The notes under the pieces: generated by a model
Databases searched by the model: none
What the model saw: the letters and a program-made list of their open reading frames with translations, nothing else
Told to the model about the DNA's origin: nothing
Shown: piece after piece, positions 1 to 10,299 of the stretch
Layout of the letters: every line of letters starts with the position of its first letter
Position numbering within the stretch: position 1 is the first letter of the stretch
DNA from: Eledone cirrhosa
Lineage: Eukaryota
NCBI GenBank assembly: GCA_964016885.1
Contig: OZ024741.1
Span: 413,106,001-413,170,000, forward strand
Reading direction: 5' to 3'
Length of the DNA stretch: 64,000 nt
Position numbers and translations under genes: made by a program

Positions 1-156
1 AAAGGTACAGATTAGAGGTTAGAAATTAAAAGAAAAAAGGAAAAAAGGAAGAAAGGGAAGTGATAAATAGGAATTATATAGAATGAGTAACTAGTATTAT
101 ATAATGTATAATAAATAACATTGAAATAAGGTAGAAAGATCGGTATATTTTAAAAG

Positions 157-232
<76 letters not shown>

Positions 233-272
233 CTTTGAGAAAAAGGATCTTAAATTGGTAAAGTATTAGATA

Positions 273-2331
273 TTAGCTGTATACTTTATGGAATGTTCTG
301 TGGAATTTATGCAAGCAGAGAGAAAACAAGTCAGTGCGTCTATTTATTATAGAATCTAAATTAGATATAATGGTAAATTTCTCACATAAAAAGATATTAC
401 ATGTTTTGGATAGAGAGGCATTCAAGTATGGAGAGGCAGAACAAACCTTCCTCCAAGAGATGTTATAGTTAATATTTTTGTCTTTCAAGGACCATATGAG
501 TTCTGAGAGTGCCGTGTTGGTTCTTTTAAGTTGGTATTTAAAAGACGAATGATGATTATAAAGACGTGCTTTAAAGGAGGTGGAAGTGGAGCCAAAATAG
601 GTAAACGAATTGGTGTCAGTTATAACTTTACATTCATAGATTAAGTTTTTTTTCAAGATAATGGTTGTTGAGTGGTCATTTATTTTTAACAGGGCAATTA
701 CAATTGCGATTAGAGAAATTAACAGAGTTATTAACAAGTGACCTAGTGTTATCTATAGGAGGAATTGGATTGGAGAAGTTATTTACGATAGGAATAATAG
801 TTTCTTGATTTAGATTGGGATTAAGAACATTTAACGAAGTTGCGTTTGACGTTGTATTTGGGTTTGCAGAAATTAGCCTAGAGTTAATAATAACGTCGGG
901 AGTACTATTACTATTATTATGATATTCAGTGTTGGAAGGAAGAGATTTAGTATTTAGTATTTTATTGTTGTGTTTAGAGATAATGTTGGAGCTGTTGGAG
1001 GAGGTCGAATAGGAAAATGTTAGTGTTGTAGTCTCAGGGAGACAGTTACAATAGACAGGCTTAAGCAGGCTCACCTTGACACGGACGCTGTGGTTCCTGA
1101 TCCACGAACCCCTTCGTATTTGCCTGTTGAGCGAACGCCTGTTCCTGAACCACCATCATCGCCTGTCCCTACATCACCACCATCGCCACGTTACAAGACC
1201 ACGACCCGTTCAGGTCGTAGGGTCGACTGGCCCAAAAGATTTTGCAGCACCGTCTATATTTAGACTATGTTAGCTGCACCTTTTTTTGCCTCTGTGTTTC
1301 TGCTTTTTCTTTGCCTTGTTTTTTTTATGCATGCATGTCGTTTTTTTTTTAACATTTTTCAAATCCTTATTCTGGATTCAATTTTTGCTAGAGCGGATAG
1401 CTCCCCCTTGTTGCATTGTTCGCCATCTTACTCCACATGTGAGTAATGACATCGATTTTCGATAATTTGAAAATCTGGCTCGAGGTACTGTAGTAAGACG
1501 CCTCACGCTCCTTGATAGAACAACGCCGGTTGAGAACGCCAGAAAGAAAAGACAGACAGCCACTGGAAAGCCGACTGAACACACGCCAGAAACCAGCCTC
1601 TGTACAACACCATTGTTTGTGCTACATCAAAAAATAAACGTATATTTCATCTCTAATTTCTGCTGTTGAAATAATTATTATGTCACTCGTATCTCGATAA
1701 CATCTACAACTAATACTGCTAAAGTGTGTTTGTTAAATATTTTACTATAGATATGTGAGGGAGGGAAGCATTTATTTAAGGCACTAAAGAATAATGTAGG
1801 AATATTATTATTAATAGAGATGGAGAAAGGAGCATTATACTAGATTATGTTTTTGTATCTAGGTCTTTTATTAAAGTTATTGGAATGATCATGATTAATT
1901 ATTTTAATGTAAGATCTTCTAGGATTTGTTTCTTTACTGTATTTGATTTTATCAGGATAACCGACTTTAGAAAGCGCGTTATTATAGTAATTGGCGTTAG
2001 TATCAAAGATGTTTTTATTAGATGATAGGTTGGATATTCTTTTTCCAATATTACTAACTATAGCATTCTTAATATTAGTGGGGTGGTTAGATTTAAAATT
2101 AACACAATTTAGATTCTCATTGTTTTTATGGTAAGGGTAATATAGGCCGGTGTCAAGATTAAGAGATACATCCAAGAAGTTAGCTAGTTTGATGTTATCA
2201 AATTCAATTTTTAAGTTATGTTGGTTAAAGAGATTACGTATATTGTTCTTAATAATATTAAGGTTAACTATGTTGCAATTTAAGATAGTAAAAAGTCAAT
2301 CGTCACGATAAATTCCACCGCGAAGTTGAGG
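273..2331 (-). pseudogene. Disrupted RT/GIY-YIG ORF of Penelope copy 1
   Basis: One reading frame can be followed through TGA 2296-2298, TAG 1840-1842 (replacing W of WYNAPF), an insertion at ~1023-1719, TGA 676-678 and a frameshift in the A-run near 650. Confidence 0.88.
1023..1719 (+). mobile_element. ~700-bp insertion splitting the Penelope ORF; solo-LTR-like
   Basis: The ORF reads KHTL (1720s) and resumes TFSYST (1020). The insert is GC-richer, starts TGTTGTAG, has CTACAAC near its end and AATAAA at ~1633. TA is present at both junctions. Confidence 0.65.
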
Positions 2332-2951
2332 AAAGACAAAAATATTAACTATAACATCTCTTGGAGGAAGGTTTGCCTCTCCATACTTGAATGCCTCTCT
2401 ATCCAAAACATGTAATCTCTGTTTATGTAAGAAATTTACCATTATATCTAATTTAGATTCTATAATAAATAGACGCACTGACTTGTTTTCTCTCTGCTTG
2501 CATAAATTCCACAGAACATTCCATAAAGTATACAGCTAATATCTAATACTTTACCAATTTAAAATCCTTTTTCTCAAAGGCACATAAATATATATATATA
2601 TTTCTTTAAAAATATACCGATCTTTCTACCTTATTTCAATGTTATTTATTATACATTATATAATACTAGTTACTCATTCTATATCATTCCTATTTATCAC
2701 TTCCCTTTCTTCCTTTTTTCCTTTTTTCTTTTAATTTCTAACCTCTAATCTGTACCCTTTCTTCCTAGATACATCTCAATTCTCATTATTACTCACCACA
2801 ATATATCCACTCTTCCTTCTTCCATCCTATCACTGGCCATAAAACTTACTATTACCCTTTAAAATACTTTATAGTATCACCTTAAAAAATCCTTCGCAAA
2901 CATAAACATTTTTTTTTTTAAGTTAGATTATTCATCCTCAATTCATTATTT

Positions 2952-3036
2952 TTTTATCCTTACGAGGTCGATAAAATAAAGTACCAGTAATGCACTGGGA
3001 TAATTGCTGGCCTTGTGCCAAAAGTAGAAACAATTA
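2952..3036 (+). mobile_element. Short SINE-like fragment (second copy at 13460-13545)
   Basis: TCCTTACG(A/G)GGTCGATAAAATAAAGTACCAGTAATG(C/T)ACTGGG..TAATTGCTGGCCTTGTGCC..AGAAACAATT occurs twice in the window and resembles an abundant octopus SINE 3' part (from recall). Confidence 0.65.
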
Positions 3037-3867
3037 TTTTTTTCTCCCTTTCATGCTCGTCTAACTTCTACATATTACACATCACAACACAAAAACAAAC
3101 TTAAACCCTAACTAATCTCCTTTATTACATTATATTATTACCATTAGGAAATACTTCATAAACATACATATTTTGTTGTTAAGGTCTTCTCCTTAAACAC
3201 TATCACCTTCTTTGCTTTCTGCGCTCATTTGTAAACAAACTATTTACATATATTACACATACATATTACATTACATTAAAACAAACTTAAATACTAACTA
3301 ATTCCTCTAAATTCATAATTCTTCCACTCTTCTACTTCTTTTCACAATATATCCTTAATTACATTACTATTTTTTTTTTTATAATACATATCAACAATTT
3401 CTTTCCATCACACATATTAAACCCTTCAATATTCAAACCTTAACTTAATATTATTCTTAATACATATTAACAATTTCTTTTCATCGCACATATTATTAAA
3501 CCCTTCAATATACAAACCTTAATTTAACATTATTCTTAAATTTTTCTCTTCGTTAATTTTCAAATTCTTTTAATTTATATATTATCTTCCAACGGTTTTT
3601 TTAACCTCTCTCTGTAAAACAATATATTTTTCACAGTTATAAAAGCTATCTCTCTCTCTCTCTCTATCACCCATCTCTCCTCCTAGCTCATCCTTCCTTA
3701 TTATACTCCTCCCCCTCCATTCTTTACTCTCATCTCCTCTTTTTCATCCCCCCCCCTCATTTTTTTCCAAATCTAAAACTACTTTCCCAATCTAAAACTA
3801 CTTTTCATATGTTGATTTAAAACTGCACTATTCACAAGTGTTTTTTAACCTTCATATCATGTCTCCC

Positions 3868-3938
3868 TATTTTATCTGACGAAAACGCAAATGTCATCGC
3901 ATGATGATATTTGTTTTTGAAATGCGCATAATAAAATA
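3868..3938 (+). ncRNA. Type I hammerhead ribozyme in the pseudo-LTR
   Basis: Stem I TATTTTAT/ATAAAATA (8 bp); core CTGACGA 3876-3882; stem II GCAAATGTCATC/GATGATATTTGT; GAAA 3919-3922; palindromic stem III TGCGCA; predicted cleavage after TA 3929-3930. Confidence 0.88.
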
Positions 3939-3966
3939 CATGGAACTCTTTTAACCATCTTTTGAT

Positions 3967-4012
<46 letters not shown>

Positions 4013-4017
<5 letters not shown>

Positions 4018-4753
4018 TCATCATCATCGTTTAACGTCCATGTTCCACGCTTGCATGGGTTTGGACGGGAGTTTTCCCACTTGAGGCAAGAGTGGTTGTC
4101 TTGCTCGCATAGGACTGTCTGGCGGGTTTTCTACAGTTGGATTCCCTTCCTAACACCAACCACATTTACAGTGTGGGGCTGGGAAGTTTATACCGTGTTG
4201 CCTACACGGCCACATTACAGCGTGGACTGTCTGGCGGGTTTTCTACAGCTGGATGCCCTTCCTAACACCAACCACATTTACAGTGTGGGACTGGGAGGTT
4301 TTTACCGTGTTGCCTACACGGTCACATTACAGCGTGGGCTGTGTGTTTTTTGTCGTGACACCTACACGATCTCATTTGTTTCGGCCTGGATTTTGTGGCA
4401 CCAACATAACTTTACATTGAAAGGGGCGGTGTGGATGGGGTGGTGGGACGAGGGTGTATTTTGTTAGAGATGCCTACTGACTGTAGTAGGTTTTACTTTG
4501 TATTTAGGTAAGGCGGGTCTTATCTATTACTGAGTACCGCCAAAGGTCTCGGTCCAGTGACATTGTCTTGGAGAGGTGTAAGTGTGTGAGGTCGGAATTT
4601 ATCAGCTCGTCCCAGGTTTTTCTGGGTCTGCCTACTCCGTGGCTACCGTCTATCTTTATTGCCCTGCACTTTGCTATACAGCTGTCGTCTTTCATGCGCA
4701 TCACGTGACCATACCAACGTAGCCTTCTCTCGAGTAAACAACATCTGATCCCT

Positions 4754-4757
<4 letters not shown>
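4013..4757 (-). mobile_element. RTE-clade LINE, 5'-truncated 3' end
   Basis: RRLRWYGHVMRM..GRPRKTW..DRDLWR C-terminus (stop 4504). The 3' UTR has a 112-bp tandem duplication (4112/4224) and a (GAT)n tail. Flanked by (TA)n. Confidence 0.88.
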
Positions 4758-4819
<62 letters not shown>

Positions 4820-4826
<7 letters not shown>

Positions 4827-5087
4827 ATATTTTGGGAGGGTCATGTTGCCAATAGGAAACACACGCACCAGTTGCTTTCACTTCAATTTATTATAATAAA
4901 TTTATAAATTTCTGGGTGGTTGGTTGGTTCCACAACCAGATAGTTGTTTATATATAGTCATAGTTCTTTCGTCACACACTCTGTGACCTCTTCAGTGACT
5001 GGGCAACATGACCCTCTCAAAGTATAACAATATCGGTTTCAACACACGATTTCAGATAAAGAATCTTGCTAAACAAATTCAGAAACG

Positions 5088-5090
<3 letters not shown>
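4820..5090 (-). mobile_element. Small non-coding element with 31-bp inverted repeats enclosing a hammerhead
   Basis: 4820-4850 and 5002-5032 are inverted copies with 2 mismatches. The unit lies between two long (TA)n tracts. Confidence 0.75.
4956..5000 (-). ncRNA. Minimal type I hammerhead ribozyme
   Basis: Minus strand reads AGTCA CTGAAGA G GTCACA GAGTG TGTGAC GAAA GAAC TA TGACT, i.e. stem I, core, stem II, GAAA, minimal stem III and UH site. Confidence 0.8.
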
Positions 5091-5154
<64 letters not shown>

Positions 5155-5349
5155 GATAAATCTACCAAGAGTTTACGGTAGTGTCCAATCCGTATGAAGA
5201 ACTCAATATAATCCCGATATCATGGAAAGAAGAGATGCATTCAAAAATCACTTTCGGTGAAAGATAAACGGAATACAGAGTCAAGATAAAATGTTAAAAA
5301 AATAATGAATAAAACAATGAAACAGTTCCTTATATTAAACAAAAGAAGT

Positions 5350-5500
5350 TCATTATTTAACGATCGTTTCTAGGACATATATGTGTTAGAATTGGTATGC
5401 ATATTCAACAGATCTATGTACAAAATTATACAAAATTATACAAATTATCAAATATAATATACATACCAACACATACATATGCCGTCTTCAGAAATAATGA
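5350..5500 (-). ncRNA. Type I hammerhead ribozyme with very long stem II
   Basis: Minus strand: TCATTATTT CTGAAGA [~115-nt hairpin: GGCATATG..TGTGTTGGTATG / CATACCAA..AACACATATATGTCC] GAAA CGATCG TT AAATAATGA. Stem I is 9 bp and stem III is palindromic. Confidence 0.8.
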
Positions 5501-5779
5501 AATATATTTATTGATAATAACAACAATTCAAAATTACAGGTCTGTTTGGGAACAGAGTTCAAATTGACCAATGAAATACACAAAATATATCAATAAAATA
5601 CAGTTAGGTGTGTGTATATATGTAAGTAACTTCGTTCACAGATATGCATAAAAATATATGTTCACATGCATACGCATGTCGAAAAAATGTATGTAAATAC
5701 AAAAAATTCAGGGCTAATGTCTCTGTATGTTTATAATCTACAGATAAAATACACATACGCATATAAACATATATAGATT

Positions 5780-6071
5780 CTTATATACACACATATATAT
5801 ACGCACATTCACACACACACGCGCATATACACATAAACATACACATACCCATGAACATACACACACACACTCACACACACACACACACACATATATGTAT
5901 ATATTATTATTATAACTATATGGATATTTAGGCACACATAAACACTGCTACATATATTTTTACATCCAAATGCAGAAGTAGGTAAGGGGTTCAGTAATAA
6001 CTAAGGATGTCAGGGAGCTGCCTATTTAAAAATGTATCTACAAATTTAGAAATAAAAAGAAATATATAAAA

Positions 6072-6117
<46 letters not shown>

Positions 6118-6177
6118 AAGTAAAATATACTCATACATAAAATACATACCGATATACATATACATATATATACACAT

Positions 6178-6274
<97 letters not shown>

Positions 6275-6498
6275 CATACACATACACATATACACGTACA
6301 CATACACATACATACATAAATATACATACACATACATATATAAATACATAGACACACATACAAACACACATATATATAAAAATATATACATATATTCACA
6401 ACTCACATACATATATGTACACACACATACACACACACATATATATATATATATACACACATATATACATACAGACACACATATATACACACACATAT

Positions 6499-6529
<31 letters not shown>

Positions 6530-6778
6530 CATACACACACATATATACATATATATATATACACACACACAACGCACACACACACATACATATACGTATA
6601 TATACACACACATACACATATCCATGTATGTATATACACATACAATCACACGCTCACACAACTCAGACAATTATGCACACATATATATATATACACATAC
6701 ACACATCCCTACAAATATATATACACATATACGCACGCACGCATACATATATACATACACACATACTCATACATAGAC

Positions 6779-6811
<33 letters not shown>

Positions 6812-6834
6812 CATATATATACATACATACATAC

Positions 6835-6865
<31 letters not shown>

Positions 6866-6960
6866 CAATCATAGACACTTATTTACATGCGCACATATGT
6901 ATTTTTATACTCACATATAAACACCCAAACATACATACCTACTTACATACACATACATTC
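5780..6960. repeat. Compound (TA)n/(CA)n/(TACA)n microsatellite region
   Basis: Directly visible dinucleotide tracts. Confidence 0.95.
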
Positions 6961-7199
6961 ATCCACGCTTACAAATATAAATAATTATAGGGGGGGGGGG
7001 AAGGGATTATAATGATTAGTGGGAAAAAGTAAATATAGGTTTCAAGGAACATAGAATATTAATCTACATTTAGATCATAATATATGTTTACATAGTAGTT
7101 TCAGTATTAGGAAATGTAAGAAAGAAGGCAAAATTATGCATTTTAATATAAGTAGACTATTAATTAAAGGTTAACTAAATTAAAATTAGTTAATATATT

Positions 7200-7514
7200 G
7201 ATTTCTAAGGTGTATACTACTTAGGTTTATAATATTTGAAGCGGAATTTTGAAGTTAAATAGTAGTAGATTATTAATTATATCATAACTAAATTAAAATA
7301 TTAACATTATGGTATCAATATTAGGAAATGAATTTAGTAATAGGGAAAACCAAATCAAGTATTTCATCGGTAGTAGAATATAAATTATAGGTTAACTAAA
7401 TTAAAGAATTATATATTAATTTCTATAGTATATGTTAATTAGGTTTATAATAATTAAAGCAGATTTTGTATTTTATCTATAGTAGAATATAATTATAGGT
7501 TAACAAAAATTAAA

Positions 7515-7564
<50 letters not shown>

Positions 7565-8090
7565 TTTCAATTGTAAAGAATATATTAATTAGGTATATAT
7601 TTAAAAATTTATCTCAGTTTATGATTACATGATATTCTGCGATCCATCTGTATTGGAATTTTAATTTTCAGCTAATTAAATTAAAATTATAGGTAAACTA
7701 AATTAAAATTAATTTATAAATAACTTTCTAAATTGTATATTAATTAGGTTTATAATATTAAAAAATATTTCTCTGTTATTACACGATGTTTTGTTATATT
7801 TCATCTATAAAGGAATTTTAATAAAAGGTTAAATAAACTAAAATTAATCTATAAATTAATTTACAAAGTATATATTAATTATGTTAATAATATTTAAAAG
7901 TTTTTCACTATTTATGATTACACAATATTTTTTATCTCATCTGTATTAGAAATTTAATTAAATTAAATTTATAGGTTATCTACATTTAAATTAAATTATA
8001 TATTAATTTCTAAATTTCTAAAATATATATTATTATTTAGGTTTATAATATTTAAATGTTTTTCTCAGTTTATGATTACACGATATAATT
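7200..8090. repeat. Degenerate AT-rich tandem repeat (~140-150 bp spacing) in the 3' UTR of Penelope copy 2
   Basis: TTAGGTTTATAATATT..(TTATGATTACA) recurs near 7221, 7439, 7589, 7745, 7880 and 8037; GGTTAACTAAATTAAAA also recurs. Confidence 0.7.
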
Positions 8091-9451
8091 AATTCCTGTC
8101 GCTTATTTAATAGGATATCTTTAGATTTCATTATTTCAAATAGTTCTTGGGAACATAATCTACATTCATTTCTGTTATTTTGATAAGGGGTGGCTCTTTT
8201 GAGCACACTCCAGGTCATATCATATTCTATATTCTTATTTCTATAACTATTAATTTTTTCTGCTAGAGATGTTGTATTAGCCAATGCGGCGTTTTTAAAA
8301 CTATGTTTGTGGGTATTAAACCTTACCTTAAAATTGTTAGAAGTAGCTCCTATATATGAGCAAATAGAGTCTTTAGTTTTAACCTTACATTTATAAACTA
8401 TGTTGTTAACAAGACAATTTCCTTTTAATGGGCAGTTTGCTTTGTTTCTACAGTTACAACCTTTCGTTAATTCTGTATTTGAGGAGATATTATGGTTAGT
8501 TTGATGTATTGGTGGTATACTTATGGTTTTTTTACATTTATATGCATTATAGGCACTTATATTTTGTTTTATGTTTTTGGTTGTTGAGTATGAGAATTTA
8601 ACTGTTGACCTATTTAAGATTTGATGGTATTTGTGGTTTGGCGGGAAGTTTTTCTCTAGGATATAAAAATTTTTTTAGCAATATTATCCTTAATTTGTAA
8701 ATTAAATGGAGCATTATACCAAGTAACTCGTCTATTCCGGTTTCTATGTTGTTTATTATTTTTATAGGTTGTATCGTGATGTTTACTAGGAGGATTAATG
8801 TTAATGACATCACCACGTACATTTTTAGTTAGATTTATTGATTTAGGTGTTTTATCATGTTTATTAGGAGTTTTATTGTTAACATTTATTAGAGTTGTAT
8901 GATGAGTAGTTTTTTGAGAGTTACTATAGTTTATATTAGAGTAGTTGTTGGTATTTTGGGGTATAGTGTGGGTGGCATTTAGGTGTGTACTTTTCATTTG
9001 GTGTTTGTTGGTAATATTAGGTTGTATGTTTATAGTATTTTTAGTAGAAGGTATATATTCTAATCTATTTTTGTGGCCACTTCTATCTAGAGCTTCGTTA
9101 TAGAAGGTCGCATTTTTATCAAATACATCTTGGTTAGATGAAAGGTTAGAAATTCTAAGTGATATATTATATGCAAGGTTTTTAAGGATAGATTTAGGGT
9201 GATTAGATTGTGAGTGTATGTAGTGTAAGTTTTGGTTGGGTTTATGGTAAGGTTGGTAGATACCCGTAGCTAAGTCTAAAGTTATATCTAGGAAATTAAC
9301 TACTTTACTTGTGTTTTCAAAAGTAATATGAAGACTATAATAGTCTTTAAGGAAAGTTCTAATAAGCTTTTTGTTTTTTTCTATTTCTGAGAGGCTAAGG
9401 TTGTTGGAAAGAAGAAGACAGTCATCACGATATAAACCACCTTTAAGGTGG
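8033..9451 (-). pseudogene. Penelope-like retroelement copy 2, RT C-terminal half plus GIY-YIG, 5'-truncated
   Basis: GGLYRDDCL..VNFLDITLDL..PYHKPN..SNHP..RISNLSS..VTWYNAPF, one frameshift near 8665, then FSYST..CNCRNKANCPLKGNCL..SYIGATSNNFKVRFNTHKHSF..CRLC..LLNKRQE..CNHK. The 3' UTR probably extends to ~5150. Confidence 0.92.
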
Positions 9452-9473
9452 TATATATATATATATATATAGT

Positions 9474-9866
9474 GGAGGCACATGGCTTAGTGGTTAGAGC
9501 ATTGGCCTTGCAATCGAAAGGTTGTGAGTTCAATTCTCAGACCAGGTGATGTGTTGTTTCCTTGAGCAAGACACTTTATTTCACATTGCTCCAGTTTACT
9601 CAGCTGTAGGAATGAGAATTATAGGGACTGGGGTCCCTATCATTCCACTGCAAAGTGGTCGTGGAGGTGCCACTGAAAAAAAGCACCCAGCCCACACTGT
9701 AAATGAGGTTGGTGTTAGGAAGGGCATCCAGCTGTAGAAATCAAGCCAAAATCAGTTCCCATCCCACCCTTTCAAGCAGGGAAAAAGTGGACATAAAAAT
9801 GATGATGATGATTTTATAACCCATGCTAGCGTGGAAGATGGATGTTAAATGACGACGATGATGATA
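9474..9866 (+). mobile_element. tRNA-derived SINE with RTE-type 3' tail
   Basis: A box TGGCTTAGTGG (9483), B box GTTCAATTC (9528), CORE-like CCTTGAGCAAGACACTT. 9691-9740 matches the reverse complement of the RTE UTR at 4240-4288. Ends in (GAT)n tails. Confidence 0.85.
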
Positions 9867-10020
9867 TATATAGGAAAAGAGTCAGGAGACCGATGGTTGG
9901 GCTCCGGCCATTTTGACAGCTAGATCCCTACATATATAGGGCCCCGACTCTCTAATATATTTATGTGTATATATGTTTCTGTGTATATATATAATATATT
10001 TATGTTTATTCATTTTGTAG

Positions 10021-10159
10021 ACATTTACCAATTATTACATGGAATATTGGAACATATAAATCTGTTACTAAGTGAGGAATTATGGATAATTGTGGATAAT
10101 ACTCTTGTGGACATTACTATTTTCCTCTGGAGAATTTTACTTCTCCACATCAATATAAG
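10021..10159 (+). other. Candidate 139-bp exon
   Basis: Acceptor TTTATTCATTTTGTAG and donor AAG|GTAAGT; one frame is open. No recognisable protein. Confidence 0.3.
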
Positions 10160-10299
10160 GTAAGTCTTGAATCCATTTTTCTTTAACCCTTCTCTCAGAT
10201 GTTTTTTTGGTTGGGTTTCTATTACAGCTTTTTAGAATAGAATCAAAACGTTCTTTATTTTTTCAGAAAGTTAATTTTCATATATGTTGTTTTAATGTT

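Larger units (their letters stand above)
1..2331 (-). mobile_element. Penelope-like retroelement copy 1 (C-terminal GIY-YIG type, Hydra-clade-like), 5'-truncated; 3' UTR runs off the window start
   Basis: Minus-strand translation gives GGIYRDD (RT motif C), then NFLDVSLNLDTGLYYPYHK..SNHP..RISNLSSN (RT thumb), CNC linker, and TYFGSTSTSFKARLYNHH..TALSELIWSLK..SWRKV..LNRR-like..CLHK (GIY-YIG). ORF stop is at 273-275. Confidence 0.92.
2331..3967 (+). mobile_element. Inverted pseudo-LTR (second copy of the 3' end) of Penelope copy 1
   Basis: 2331-2760 is the reverse complement of 1-486 with few differences. It continues as a pyrimidine/AT-rich UTR ending in a hammerhead motif followed by (TA)n. 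Confidence 0.88.

Noticed and set aside
1076-1584. Short ORFs, including a His-rich one, inside the insertion
   Set aside because: No recognisable domain; they lie in an LTR-like non-coding insert.
2296-2478. 60-aa ORF as a real N-terminus of the RT
   Set aside because: Chimeric: only the last ~11 residues are RT; the rest is antisense of the inverted pLTR.
3904-3945. SECIS element (ATGA-N12-AAA-N20-GA) overlapping the hammerhead
   Set aside because: The spacing fits, but helix II pairs poorly and helix I is absent; the hammerhead fold explains the sequence better.
5738-6984. YI/CV/HT-rich ORFs (also 11483-13985)
   Set aside because: Translations of (TA)n/(CA)n/(TG)n microsatellites.
9474-9546. 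Functional tRNA gene
   Set aside because: A and B boxes are present, but the acceptor stem is poor and the sequence continues into a SINE body and LINE-type tail.
9879-9951. Structured RNA/ribozyme (GAGTC..GACTC stem, CCCTA..TAGGG hairpin)
   Set aside because: No hammerhead or HDV core found on either strand; the stems are short.
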